Part shown: in pieces, positions 27,693 to 37,445 of the stretch | How the letters are laid out: each line of letters starts with the position of its first letter | Numbering within the stretch: position 1 is the stretch's first letter | Assembly: GCA_964582545.1 (NCBI GenBank) | Contig: CAZOSB010000004.1 | Coordinates: forward strand, 3,247 to 67,246 | Direction of reading: 5' to 3' | Source of the DNA: an uncultured Anaerovorax sp. | GTDB taxonomy: Bacteria > Bacillota > Clostridia > Peptostreptococcales > Anaerovoracaceae | DNA length: 64,000 nucleotides | The notes under the pieces: model-generated | Told to the model about the DNA's origin: nothing | Database searches by the model: none | Seen by the model: only the letters and a program-made list of their open reading frames with translations | Position numbers and translations under genes: made by a program

Positions 27693-27893
27693 GGTTATCA
27701 TTATAACCCTTTGGAATTGCTCAGCTGACCTGATCTTTGCCCCCACACTCGCCTTTCGGCATTTTGCCGAAGGTCTTACCTCTAAGCTACGCCATGATCA
27801 CTGCCGCCTTGCGGTCCAGCTTACGTGGGTCCTTTTGCCCGTAACTGGCATGGACTTTCAATCACAGACCTGAACAATTCCAAAGACTCATAC
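27693..27893 (-). ncRNA. Structured ncRNA candidate, most likely a raiA-motif RNA (between comFC and hpf/raiA)
   Basis: This intergenic segment is visibly richer in G+C than its AT-rich flanks. A 16-bp closing helix pairs 27870-27885 with 27709-27724. That helix has a G-U pair on the minus strand but a C-A mismatch on the plus strand. Internal hairpins include CC-GCAA-GG (GNRA loop, minus strand, about 27805-27816) and CCUUCGGCA-AAA-UGCCGAAAGG. No ORF has a start or Shine-Dalgarno sequence here. The track ORF at 27688-27873 is rejected. Confidence 0.6.
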
Positions 27894-27895
27894 GG

Positions 27896-28648
27896 TTACT
27901 TCCCCGCAGCAAATCCATAAAGGTAAATATTTGCTGCTCCCGCCACCTTTAAAGCTTCTGCACAAGCATCCGCCGTACTACCGGTAGTGTAAATATCGTC
28001 AATCAACAGGATGTTTTTCCCGGAAACCTCTTCATTTTTGCCTTTTGCCACCGAAAAGGCTCCTTTTATATTTTGCTGTCTCTCCTCCAAGGATAAAGCA
28101 TTCATGGGTACCGTAGCAACCACTCTGTTTAACAGGTTCCGTCGGTAAGAAATGTGCATATACCTAGCGAGATGCCTAGCTAATAAATCCGCTTGGTTAT
28201 ATCCCCTCTGTCTTTCTTTTTTATGAAACATAGGTACCGGCATTATTAAGTCCACCCAGACCCCCTCTGGAAGGATTCTATCCACCATGGCTTCTGCCAT
28301 GGGTTTTCCTAAAAACGCCTGCTCCTTATACTTAAATCGATGGATGAGATTTCTCTCCTGCTCCCCATATTCCACACAGGAATACCCTCTCTGAAAAAGG
28401 TGTTCCCGAGTCTGACAATCTGTACAACAGTCCTCTTCATATCCTTGAGATAACGGCTTTCCGCAGCGAGAACAAGTATTTCCAACACACCAATGAACGG
28501 TTTGAAGACAACTGTCACACATGCTGTAAGGCCTTGATCCATCGATGAGATTCCCACAAACAATACAATAGATATTAGAAGGAAAAATCCAATCCAACAC
28601 TCGATCTATTCCACGTTCAATAAAATTACTTTCATAGTCCTTACGCAC
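27896..28648 (-). CDS. comFC: ComF family protein (ComFC, phosphoribosyltransferase-like)
   Basis: N-terminal Cys-rich zinc-finger-like region plus a PRTase motif (ILLIDDIYTTGST). GTG start after GAGGT. Confidence 0.85.
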   Translation of the reverse strand: MRKDYESNFIERGIDRVLDWIFPSNIYCIVCGNLIDGSRPYSMCDSCLQTVHWCVGNTCSRCGKPLSQGYEEDCCTDCQTREHLFQRGYSCVEYGEQERNLIHRFKYKEQAFLGKPMAEAMVDRILPEGVWVDLIMPVPMFHKKERQRGYNQADLLARHLARYMHISYRRNLLNRVVATVPMNALSLEERQQNIKGAFSVAKGKNEEVSGKNILLIDDIYTTGSTADACAEALKVAGAANIYLYGFAAGK

Positions 28649-28784
28649 TTACAACCTCGTTTAATATGCTATAATCGGAATACTATGCACTGTAGCTCTT
28701 ATGCTACTTTCAATGATAGGGGGCTAATACAATCATACAATAATTTGGAATAAAATTCAAGTTTTTTATTATATTGTAAATTTC

Positions 28785-31001
28785 TTATCCAAACTCTAAA
28801 AACTGTCGAAGCCTATATTTCAATCCGGAATACCGTTCCGTAATCACGTTGTTATCCACCATAGCATTCATTTTTCCATCGGAACCCACTAAAATTACGG
28901 CTTGCTTTCCTCGGGTAACTGCAGTATACAATAGATTTCTGGTTGCCAAAATTGGCGGAAACCAAGAAATGGGCATGATGACGATGGGAAATTCACTGCC
29001 TTGACTTTTATGGACTGTCATTGCATAAGCCAGTTCCAATTGATCCAAATCTGAAAATTCGTAGGTCACATATTTTGATTCTTCATAAACCACCGTAACC
29101 GTATTGAATTCCTTATCTATCTTGTGGATATACCCAACATCACCGTTAAAAACCCCTTGCCCCTCTGTAAAATCGTCGGAACGCTTCCATTCTATCTGGT
29201 AATTGTTTTTAATTTGCATCACCTTATCACCCTCTCGATAAGTACGGATTCCCATCTGTTTTTCTTCCAACTTCTCCGATGGTGGGTTTAACAGTTTTTG
29301 CAGTTCCTCGTTTAATTGATACATCCCCAAAAGGCCTTTTCTCATAGGCGTTAGAATTTGCACATCCCTTTTTACATTGCAGTTCTCAAAATAATTGGGC
29401 AACCGTCTTTCCACCAATTCTTTTACGGTCCTCAAGGTTTCCCGCTCCCCTTGGCGCTTTAAAAAGAAAAAATCTTTATTTTTTTCATTAAAGGAAGGAT
29501 ACTCCCCTTTGTTGATTTTATGGGCATTCACTACGATGAGGCTCTCCTTTGCCTGCCTAAAAATCTCTTTTAATCGAATGGAATAAATAATTTCGCTCTC
29601 TAAAATATCTCTCAGAACATTTCCTGCTCCTACGGAAGGTAGCTGATCCGCATCCCCCACCAAAATCAATCTGGTACCCGGTTTGAGGGCATTGACCACC
29701 CCATTCATCAGCAAAATATCAATCATGGAGGCCTCATCTATAACCACCACATCGTATTCCAAGGGATCCTCTTCATTTTTTCCAAAGCGCATGGCATCTT
29801 CTGATTCTGAATAGTAATACTCCAAAAGCCGATGTATGGTGGAAGCCTCATATCCTGAGGTTTCTGTAATTCTCTTGGCAGCCCTCCCAGTAGGTGCTGC
29901 AATGGCCGTAGAAAGCCCACAATGAGTCAGAATCTTCATAATAGCATTGATAATGGTGGTTTTTCCCGTACCCGGTCCACCGGTAATCAGGGATACGCCA
30001 TTGCGTAAAGACTCCTTCACCGCAAATCTTTGGTTCTCAGAAAGATAGATTCCCGTTTCCGATTGGCTGACGGCAATCAAGCTGTCCAAATCCGCATCGA
30101 TGGGCTTTAAAGAACTTTTGTTTAACCGGATTAAGCATTTGCAAACATTTTGTTCTGCCACAAAGTAAGGCATTAAAAAAATAACCGTGCGATCCTCTAT
30201 ATTCTCTAGATGCAACACTCCCTCAAAAGCCATGTCCGTCAAAGTATCGTTAACCAGCTCTGAGGACACCTCTAAAAACTCAGCCATCTTTTCACAAAAC
30301 AACGTTTTAGGCACAAAAGTATGACCCTCATTGACATACTTCCACATACCAAATTCTATGCCGCTAGTAATCCGCAAGGGAGCCTCCTTAGAGATTCCCA
30401 GCTTGTCCGCGATGGCATCTGCTTTTTTAAATCCAATACCAAAGACTTCATCGATCATTTCGTATGGATTGTTGCTGACCACATCCACCGTATCTTTTCC
30501 AAAGGTCTTATACAGTTTCATAGCATAACCCGGGCTGATTCCATATTGTTGAAAAAACAGAGTGACAGTTGCAAACTCTCTGTGCGCTTCATAAGAGCTA
30601 ACTATCTGCTCTGCTTTTCTGCCGCCGATACCCTCGATTTCCTGCAACCGATTAGGTTCCCTTTCGATAATTTCTAAGGTTTGCTCCCCAAACTTGGAAA
30701 CCATCAAAGATGCAGTTTTTTTTCCCACTCCTTTTATGACACCGGAAGCCAAAAAATTTTCTATAGCATCAACCGTTTGTGGCATATGCTCTTCATAGGT
30801 CTGAATGGTGAATTGCTCTCCATAGGAAGGATGAGCCTTCCAAGTCCCCTGAAAAGAAAAAGTTCTTCCACGAAAATTATCGGGAAGATAACCTACCGCA
30901 GTAAACTGTTGATCTTGATTTTCTACTACAGCAACTGTATATCCATTTTGAACATTGTGATAGATGATCTCAGCAATGGTTCCTGTGATTTCTACATTCA
31001 T
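28785..31001 (-). CDS. recD2: ATP-dependent RecD-like DNA helicase (RecD2)
   Basis: 738 aa. Walker A (GGPGTGKTT), DEASM and the SF1B C-terminus (TVHKSQGSEF). Confidence 0.9.
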   Translation of the reverse strand: MNVEITGTIAEIIYHNVQNGYTVAVVENQDQQFTAVGYLPDNFRGRTFSFQGTWKAHPSYGEQFTIQTYEEHMPQTVDAIENFLASGVIKGVGKKTASLMVSKFGEQTLEIIEREPNRLQEIEGIGGRKAEQIVSSYEAHREFATVTLFFQQYGISPGYAMKLYKTFGKDTVDVVSNNPYEMIDEVFGIGFKKADAIADKLGISKEAPLRITSGIEFGMWKYVNEGHTFVPKTLFCEKMAEFLEVSSELVNDTLTDMAFEGVLHLENIEDRTVIFLMPYFVAEQNVCKCLIRLNKSSLKPIDADLDSLIAVSQSETGIYLSENQRFAVKESLRNGVSLITGGPGTGKTTIINAIMKILTHCGLSTAIAAPTGRAAKRITETSGYEASTIHRLLEYYYSESEDAMRFGKNEEDPLEYDVVVIDEASMIDILLMNGVVNALKPGTRLILVGDADQLPSVGAGNVLRDILESEIIYSIRLKEIFRQAKESLIVVNAHKINKGEYPSFNEKNKDFFFLKRQGERETLRTVKELVERRLPNYFENCNVKRDVQILTPMRKGLLGMYQLNEELQKLLNPPSEKLEEKQMGIRTYREGDKVMQIKNNYQIEWKRSDDFTEGQGVFNGDVGYIHKIDKEFNTVTVVYEESKYVTYEFSDLDQLELAYAMTVHKSQGSEFPIVIMPISWFPPILATRNLLYTAVTRGKQAVILVGSDGKMNAMVDNNVITERYSGLKYRLRQFLEFG

Positions 31002-31751
31002 TTACTTTATCCACTTCACTTTCCTTAAAAGGGTCATGGCTGGAAAGCGCTTAAAGAAACGTGCCTTTTTAAAAAGATTTTCTTTTGTATTTACTCGAGG
31101 AATTTTATGGGCAATATCCACCAACATGGTCAACATCCTGTCTGCTTCATGCGGTTCCGTTATGCCTGAAGCAATCAGTTCCTGGGCGGTAATGGCCAAG
31201 TCCTCTTTAAAGACAACTTCCTTGTATAGTCGGATCTCATCCAACATGGCAATGCGCGAAAGAATCCTATACTCGTGTAAATCATAAACCTTTCGCTGTT
31301 GCTTTGACAAATTGTGGAGAAACTCATAATATTCATATCCGTAATGGTAAATAAATCTCTTTAGTTCTAATTTATTTGCTATGAAAGCCATTTCTTCCAG
31401 CTGGTCATTTACCTTACCGTAGATGGATCGCTCCTGATCTTCATATTCTAAAAATTCTAAGACCTTCTGACAATTAGAAGTTTTAAAACACATAAAAAAT
31501 AAAGCTTCCCTATAAATTTGTTCCTGCCGAACTTTCTGAATATTTTCATTTAACTGCAGCAAAAAATTGATTTCTCGTTTACTTAAATTCTTAGCACATT
31601 GTTCACCGATGAAATATTTTAATTTTGATATCTGAATGCAGTCAGTTAAATCTTCTCCTCCAGAAAGTAACACTTCTCCCAATAGAGTCCTCAGTTCTTG
31701 CTTCGTGAGGGTATCCAGTTTTTGTAATGTGCTTTGATGCTGACCGCTCAT
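31002..31751 (-). CDS. Hypothetical protein. The C-terminal part resembles the tail domain of CCA-adding enzymes.
   Basis: 249 aa. The segment LAITAQELIASGITEPHEADRMLTMLVDIAHKIPRVNTKENL recalls the C-terminal tRNA-binding region of class II CCA enzymes. No nucleotidyltransferase head is present. The gene is tightly coupled to yhaM and recD2. Confidence 0.3.
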   Translation of the reverse strand: MSGQHQSTLQKLDTLTKQELRTLLGEVLLSGGEDLTDCIQISKLKYFIGEQCAKNLSKREINFLLQLNENIQKVRQEQIYREALFFMCFKTSNCQKVLEFLEYEDQERSIYGKVNDQLEEMAFIANKLELKRFIYHYGYEYYEFLHNLSKQQRKVYDLHEYRILSRIAMLDEIRLYKEVVFKEDLAITAQELIASGITEPHEADRMLTMLVDIAHKIPRVNTKENLFKKARFFKRFPAMTLLRKVKWIK

Positions 31752-31755
31752 AGGT

Positions 31756-32715
31756 TTACCAATCCGCTTTATACAGCTTTCTGTTATCTAAGGTCCAAAC
31801 CTTCTCTGAAAATTCTCCGGCCTGTAATGGTCGTAGCGCCTCCTCCATATCGTACATTCTAGCGTCGATCATATCCAAGTAATGCAAGATTTCTGCCTCC
31901 GGAAAAAGTGGTTTTTTTGGGCTTCCAAATTCCGGCTCGTAATGATGGGATATGAGCATATGTTGCAACATTAATGATTTTTCAGTGGGAATGTCCAACT
32001 CCTCTGAAAGGCGATCTATGGTCTTAACACCTTGAATGAGGTGCCCCAAAAGCTGTCCCTCAAAGGTGTAACCTGAGGCCATGCCCAACTCATTTGCTTC
32101 TATCTCGTTTAGTTTTTCAATATCATGTATGATAACACCCGTTAAAAGCAAATCTCTTTTCAGGTTGGTATAAACTTGACAAACCTGCTCTCCAAGCATG
32201 ATCATTCGCTTCATATGATAAAGCAATCCACCCAACATAGCATGATGATTTTTCATGGCCGCTGGATAGTAGAGTATCTTTTCTTTATTTTGAGTGAGAA
32301 GCTTCTGGGAAATCTCCATAAAGTCGCGATCCCTCATAGATTGAACCTTGTTAAGAATAAAAGCAAACATGTCTTCGGACTTTTCTGGTGCAGATTTGAT
32401 AAAATCCGCCAAATCCATCTCATCTGTATGAGTAGCTTTACGAACTTTAAGTATTTTCAGCTGCTTCATTCCATTCCATTCGCTGACTGTGGCTTTCACC
32501 TTGACAAAATCGCCCTCATGTATTTCATTTAAGGATGGGAGTTCCTCATTGGCTACGTCCCATTTTTTTGCCGAGATTTCTCCTGTAGCATCTCCCAACA
32601 ATATATCCAAATATTGTTTCTTATTGGACCCCAACTTGATGCCTATGGTTTTTACCATAAAAAAATCTTGTATTTGTTCCTCTGTCTTTACATAAGCAAC
32701 ATAAAAATCTTTCAC
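31756..32715 (-). CDS. yhaM: 3'-5' exoribonuclease YhaM family (OB-fold plus HD domain)
   Basis: N-terminal OB-fold pattern and an HD domain (GGLLYHM, IIHDIEK). Confidence 0.8.
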   Translation of the reverse strand: MKDFYVAYVKTEEQIQDFFMVKTIGIKLGSNKKQYLDILLGDATGEISAKKWDVANEELPSLNEIHEGDFVKVKATVSEWNGMKQLKILKVRKATHTDEMDLADFIKSAPEKSEDMFAFILNKVQSMRDRDFMEISQKLLTQNKEKILYYPAAMKNHHAMLGGLLYHMKRMIMLGEQVCQVYTNLKRDLLLTGVIIHDIEKLNEIEANELGMASGYTFEGQLLGHLIQGVKTIDRLSEELDIPTEKSLMLQHMLISHHYEPEFGSPKKPLFPEAEILHYLDMIDARMYDMEEALRPLQAGEFSEKVWTLDNRKLYKADW

Positions 32716-32764
32716 TCTGTTTTCCTTTCTAACTAAAAAATCTGCCCTAAAACATAGATTCTGA

Positions 32765-34150
32765 TTATCTCTGATTAAGAGGAACGTATCCCTGTCTGTC
32801 TGCTACATTCATATATGCAGGTCTAATAATTTTTCCGGCATTGATGAGTTCTTCAAGTCTGTGTGCACTCCATCCTGAAATGCGGGCAATCGCAAAGATA
32901 GGCGTATAAAGCTCCAAAGGTAAATCTAACATGTTATACACAAACCCACTGTAAAAATCGACATTGGCACTGACTCCTTTATAGATCTTCCGCTCTTCTG
33001 CAATTACCTCAGCGGCGATACGCTCTACCGCAGAATACAATTTAAACTCATCGGTTCTTCCCTTTTCCTCTGACAAACCCTGCACAAACTCTTTAAAAAT
33101 ATTCGCTCTAGGATCTGAAAGAGAATAAATGGCATGACCCATACCATAGATGAGCCCCGCCTTGTCAAAGGCCTCTTTTCTCAGCAGTTTTAACAGATAA
33201 TCATGAATTTGTTTTTCATCCGTCCAATCTGTCAAACTCTTTTTCATATCCTCGAACATGCGAACTACTTTGATGTTTGCACCTCCGTGCTTAGGACCCT
33301 TTAAGGACCCCAGCGCCGCAGAAATCGCCGAATATGTATCAGTCCCAGAGGACGTTACCACGTGGGTGGTAAAGGTGGAGTTGTTCCCTCCCCCATGCTC
33401 AGCGTGCAGCACCAATGCAACATCTAAAATCCGAGCCTCTGCTTCGGAATACTTGCAATCAGGTCTTAACATGTATAGGATATTTTCTGCTGTAGACAAT
33501 TCTGCCTTGGGTGTATGTATGAAAAAGCTCTCGCCTTCATGATAATGCTTAAAGGACTGGTAACCATATACGGAGAGCAATGGAAAAACTGCCGTCAGCA
33601 ACAAACATTGCCGCAGCACATTGGTAAGTTCCGTATTGTTAGCCTCCGTATCATAAGCGTGCAACGTTAGAACACTTCTAGCTAACGTATTCATCATATC
33701 CGCACTAGGCGCTTTCATGATGATATCCCTCACAAAGCTAGTCGGTAGCGTTCTATATTTTGCCAACAACTCTTTAAATGATTTTAATTGTTCTTGGCTG
33801 GGTAATGCTCCAAAAATCAGTAAATAGGTTATCTCTTCAAATCCAAAACGTTTTTCAGATATAAAACCCCCTACCAATTTCTGAACGTCATAACCTCTAT
33901 AGTAAAGTTCTCCTTCACATGGAATTTTTTCTCCCTTTGATAGGTCGAAAGCTTGTATCTCAGAAATTTCTGTCAATCCGGTTAATACCCCGTTTCCATT
34001 CACATCCCTGAGCCCTCTATTAACAGAGTATTGGGTGTATAATTCCGGATTGATTTTGCTATTTTTTAAGCATAAATCGGCTAATGCTTGTATCTCATCT
34101 GTGATTTCAGAATATTTACTGTCAAGCGTATTAAAATTAGTATCCAGCAT
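32765..34150 (-). CDS. Citrate synthase family protein
   Basis: 461 aa with citrate synthase catalytic blocks (LVLHAEHGGGNNSTF, GMGHAIY, NVDFYSG). Confidence 0.85.
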   Translation of the reverse strand: MLDTNFNTLDSKYSEITDEIQALADLCLKNSKINPELYTQYSVNRGLRDVNGNGVLTGLTEISEIQAFDLSKGEKIPCEGELYYRGYDVQKLVGGFISEKRFGFEEITYLLIFGALPSQEQLKSFKELLAKYRTLPTSFVRDIIMKAPSADMMNTLARSVLTLHAYDTEANNTELTNVLRQCLLLTAVFPLLSVYGYQSFKHYHEGESFFIHTPKAELSTAENILYMLRPDCKYSEAEARILDVALVLHAEHGGGNNSTFTTHVVTSSGTDTYSAISAALGSLKGPKHGGANIKVVRMFEDMKKSLTDWTDEKQIHDYLLKLLRKEAFDKAGLIYGMGHAIYSLSDPRANIFKEFVQGLSEEKGRTDEFKLYSAVERIAAEVIAEERKIYKGVSANVDFYSGFVYNMLDLPLELYTPIFAIARISGWSAHRLEELINAGKIIRPAYMNVADRQGYVPLNQR

Positions 34151-34178
34151 CCTACCCCTCCTTTTATTTCGTATTTAC

Positions 34179-34964
34179 TTATTGCTGCTGTTGTTGAATG
34201 ACATCCTCCATAGTATATAAACCCGGCTCTTTTCCAAAAAGAAACCCTGCTGCTTCACAAGCGCCTACTGCATAGCAGTCCCAATTGTGGGCGTGATGAA
34301 TGATTTCAATTCTCTCTCCCTGACCTCCAAAGATCACTGTATGGCTACTGGGAACGTCACCTGTCCTCAGGGAGTGAATGCCCCCTGGTCGTATGCTCAT
34401 TCCACTTTCCCTGTTTATAACCTCTTCAATCTCTTTGGCAGTTCCGCTAGGCGAGTCAACTTTGGTTGAATTATGCATTTCAATAATGTCTATGTCCACT
34501 TTGCCCTTTAGGTTTTTAGCGGTGAAAGCTATGGCTTGTTTCATCAAATGAACCATGCTTGATGTATTGGCTGCACATAATACAGGTATCTCTAACGCTG
34601 CCTGATGAAATCTTTCCATCTGAAAGAAAGAAAATCCTGTAGTTCCGCAAATAATTGGTTTTCTGTATTTCTGGGCCATTGCCAAAACCTCCATGGATAA
34701 TTCCGTTGTGGAAAAATCTATGATCATATCACAGGCTTCAATAATGGGTTTCCCTTCGGATTTTAAAGTTACTGCCTCCAACGCACCTACAACCGGTGCA
34801 CCTATTTCTCTACCTACTGCGGCGACATTGCCAATGTCCTGGCCGATATACTCTCTACCTTTTATGCCCAGACCCGCTAAGATTTCCATGTCGCTTCTCT
34901 CTGATGCCGCTTTTACTAGACATTTTCCCATTTTTCCCCTTGGGGCAGTTATAAGTACTTTCAT
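34179..34964 (-). CDS. DapB-like (4-hydroxy-tetrahydrodipicolinate reductase family) paralog with altered active-site and dinucleotide motifs
   Basis: IIEMHNSTKVDSPSGTA replaces the canonical E(L/A)HHxxKxDAPSGTA. The N-terminal motif is APRGKMG instead of GxxGRMG. The C-terminus ends in QQQQQ. Confidence 0.6.
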   Translation of the reverse strand: MKVLITAPRGKMGKCLVKAASERSDMEILAGLGIKGREYIGQDIGNVAAVGREIGAPVVGALEAVTLKSEGKPIIEACDMIIDFSTTELSMEVLAMAQKYRKPIICGTTGFSFFQMERFHQAALEIPVLCAANTSSMVHLMKQAIAFTAKNLKGKVDIDIIEMHNSTKVDSPSGTAKEIEEVINRESGMSIRPGGIHSLRTGDVPSSHTVIFGGQGERIEIIHHAHNWDCYAVGACEAAGFLFGKEPGLYTMEDVIQQQQQ

Positions 34965-34977
34965 CCTTTACCTCCGA

Positions 34978-35655
34978 TTATTTTAAAATCATGTCGGTCA
35001 AATCTATAGGATCTACAATAACGTTTTTCTGATATACTCTCATGTTTCCGGAAGCAATTTCATCTATTAAAATCACCTCATCCTTATGATATCCGAACTC
35101 AAATTTTATGTCGTATAGGTCAAGTCCCAATTCTTTTAAGGTGTCTTTAACGATATTGGAAACTTTCTTGGTCATAGCTGCCGTATCGTCATATTGAGAT
35201 TCTGTCATAACCCCAATGGCCGCAAGTCCTTCCTTTGTGATGAGTGGGTCGCCTTTTGCATCATCCTTCAAAGTCATTTCCACATAGGAGTCTAACTCTG
35301 TCCCCTCTGCTATGTAATCTCCATATCGTTTAAAGAAGCTACCCACCGCTCTGTGTCGACAGATCACTTCCAGTCCTTTGCCGAAGACCTTAGCAGGCAA
35401 AACTTCCATTGTACCCTTTTCTAAATCCGCGCTCACATAGTGAGTCTTAACCCCAGCCGCATTTAATATCTCAAAGAATTTTACAGATACCGCCAGATTT
35501 GCTTTTCCAATGCCGTCGATGCTCAGCCCTACGGTATTTGCGCCCGGATCGAACACACCATTTTCGCCAGTTACATCATCTTTAAACTGTAGCAAGTAAT
35601 TGCCATTTTCCAAAGCAAAAACGTCTTTCGTTTTACCTGTATAAATTTTCTTCAC
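34978..35655 (-). CDS. SAICAR synthase (PurC)-like protein, divergent short form
   Basis: The N-terminus (YTGKTKDVF) and the core are PurC-like. The usual C-terminal DKDRFR region is missing. GTG start 6 nt after GGAGGT. Confidence 0.6.
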   Translation of the reverse strand: MKKIYTGKTKDVFALENGNYLLQFKDDVTGENGVFDPGANTVGLSIDGIGKANLAVSVKFFEILNAAGVKTHYVSADLEKGTMEVLPAKVFGKGLEVICRHRAVGSFFKRYGDYIAEGTELDSYVEMTLKDDAKGDPLITKEGLAAIGVMTESQYDDTAAMTKKVSNIVKDTLKELGLDLYDIKFEFGYHKDEVILIDEIASGNMRVYQKNVIVDPIDLTDMILK

Positions 35656-35795
35656 GTTAAACCTCCTATGTCTAAAAAAATTAACTTCCCTTGTTCTTTT
35701 ATACTCAAATTAGCTTGTACTTACTCAGTGAATGGAAATATTATATACTTTTTTTTGCTGAAAAAAAAGCATATTTTATAAATTTAATTTATTTT

Positions 35796-37241
35796 TTAAA
35801 TTTTCAATTCTCGGATTTTTCGATATAGTGTGGATTCACTTATGCCTAAATTTTCAGCAGCCATCTGCTTGCCTTCCAAATTGAAACCCGTTTCTTCTAA
35901 GCAATTCATAATTAACTGTCTTTGAAACTCATCTGTGTGAGATTTTAATGTTCCTAATCTTATGGTGGAAAGTTTTCTATTCCTAATTTTATCCGGTAAA
36001 TTTTCTATCTGTATATTTTCCTCAGTTTCCATATTCACCGCATATTCTAATATGTTTTCCAGTTCTCTGATATTTCCAGGCCAAGAATAGTTCATCATGA
36101 CATCTAACGCCTCTTTGCTGATGCCACCAATCGGTTTTTGAAACCTGACAGAAAGCTTTCTTAAATTATGCATGAGTATCTCCTCTATATCTTCCTTTCT
36201 GGAGCGTAAAGGAGGAATGTGCAAGGGGATCACGTTCAACCTAAAAAATAGATCCTCCCGGAATTGCTTCTGACGCACCATTTCATCTAAGTCCTGATTA
36301 GTAGCTGCAATAATTCTCACATCTATGGCAATGGGGCGAATGCCACCAACTCTTTCAATGATTTTCTGCTGTATCGCTCGCAATATTTTTACCTGCAGAT
36401 GCAACGGCATATCTCCAATCTCATCCAAAAAGATTGTACCTTTATCTGCCAACTCAAATTTTCCCATCTTTGTAGTTACTGCACCTGTAAATGCTCCTTT
36501 TTCATATCCAAAGAGTTCGCTCTCCAAAAGCATCTCCGGGATAGCACCACAATTGATTGAAACAAAGGCCTTATCCCTTCGCAAACCAGCCCAATGAATG
36601 GCTCTGGCAAATATTTCCTTTCCTGTGCCACTTTCCCCTGTAATCAAAACAGTAGAATCGTTGGTAGCAACTTGCAGGGCCCTCAGCTTTACCTCTTCAA
36701 TTAGCGTGCTATGACCAAGGATGTCCTTGAAAGTGGTGGGAGCAGTAGAAGAAGGCCACAGCGAATCCAATCTATTTTTTAAAATAAGACTATTATAAGT
36801 TATTAAAAGTTTACTCTCTAACAGCTCCGCCATCCTTTTCAAGAATTCCGTATAGGTATCCACCTTTACCTCTATCTTTTTCTTCTGCTCAGGCGTAAAG
36901 GCAACCAAACCGATCAGCCCCACCACTTGCCCTTTGGCAACAATAGGACAACAGATTTCCGCCAATTCACCTTCTTTTGCATCGTATAAAGGATCCGCGG
37001 ATAGGTTGGAGTTGAAGTAACAATTGCCGCTTCTTAAAAGTCCGGCATAGACATAGTCCGTATCCAACCTTCCATCCTCTTCAAAACTTCCGATTTTCTC
37101 AGTATACCTACCCGTACCTCCAATAATGCATAACCTGTGATCTACAATTTCCGTCTCAATTTCCAAGGCCGCCGTTATGGCTTCCGCCACCTGCATTACC
37201 GTTTCCTTGATTATGGAAAGTTCTATTTGTAATGTTTCCAT
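35796..37241 (-). CDS. Sigma-54-dependent transcriptional activator (bEBP) with an N-terminal sensor domain and C-terminal Fis-type HTH
   Basis: AAA+ sigma-54 interaction motifs (GESGTGKE, GAFTGA, ELFGYEKGAFTGA) and a C-terminal HTH (AAENLGISESTLYRKIRE). The start was moved to ATG 37241, after AGGAGA. Confidence 0.9.
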   Translation of the reverse strand: METLQIELSIIKETVMQVAEAITAALEIETEIVDHRLCIIGGTGRYTEKIGSFEEDGRLDTDYVYAGLLRSGNCYFNSNLSADPLYDAKEGELAEICCPIVAKGQVVGLIGLVAFTPEQKKKIEVKVDTYTEFLKRMAELLESKLLITYNSLILKNRLDSLWPSSTAPTTFKDILGHSTLIEEVKLRALQVATNDSTVLITGESGTGKEIFARAIHWAGLRRDKAFVSINCGAIPEMLLESELFGYEKGAFTGAVTTKMGKFELADKGTIFLDEIGDMPLHLQVKILRAIQQKIIERVGGIRPIAIDVRIIAATNQDLDEMVRQKQFREDLFFRLNVIPLHIPPLRSRKEDIEEILMHNLRKLSVRFQKPIGGISKEALDVMMNYSWPGNIRELENILEYAVNMETEENIQIENLPDKIRNRKLSTIRLGTLKSHTDEFQRQLIMNCLEETGFNLEGKQMAAENLGISESTLYRKIRELKI

Positions 37242-37445
37242 AGCATTCTCCTGAAAAGCTTGCACCTCAACGAGTGAAAACTTAATTTAAGTATTTATTT
37301 CTCGTACTTTTTAATACTTTTTTATTATTCTATACTATAATAAAGAATAACTCAAACAATTTTTGCTATGGCTATTGCCATTGCTACGTTTATTCAAAAT
37401 CATTTCAAAAATAAAAACTTAAATCCATTAAGTCTTCCTAAGAAT

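Noticed and set aside
27688-27873. 61-aa plus-strand ORF from the track in the hpf-comFC spacer
   Set aside because: It has a TTG start and no Shine-Dalgarno sequence, and it lies entirely inside the structured, G+C-rich RNA candidate. An ncRNA explains it better.
27693-27893. 6S RNA as an alternative identity for the structured RNA
   Set aside because: The long closing helix resembles 6S RNA, but I could not draw a convincing large central bubble by hand. The comFC/hpf location is the hallmark reported for raiA-motif RNA. This is unresolved without covariance models.
35656-35795. Sigma-54 promoter upstream of the PurC-like/DapB-like genes
   Set aside because: No GG-N10-GC element is present. 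The spacer contains only A/T runs and a TATAAT-like box.
37364-37380. Second sigma-54-like element upstream of the bEBP gene (TGGCAATAGCCATAGCA on the minus strand)
   Set aside because: The GG-to-GC spacing is one nucleotide too long, and the -12 region reads TAGCA rather than TTGCA.
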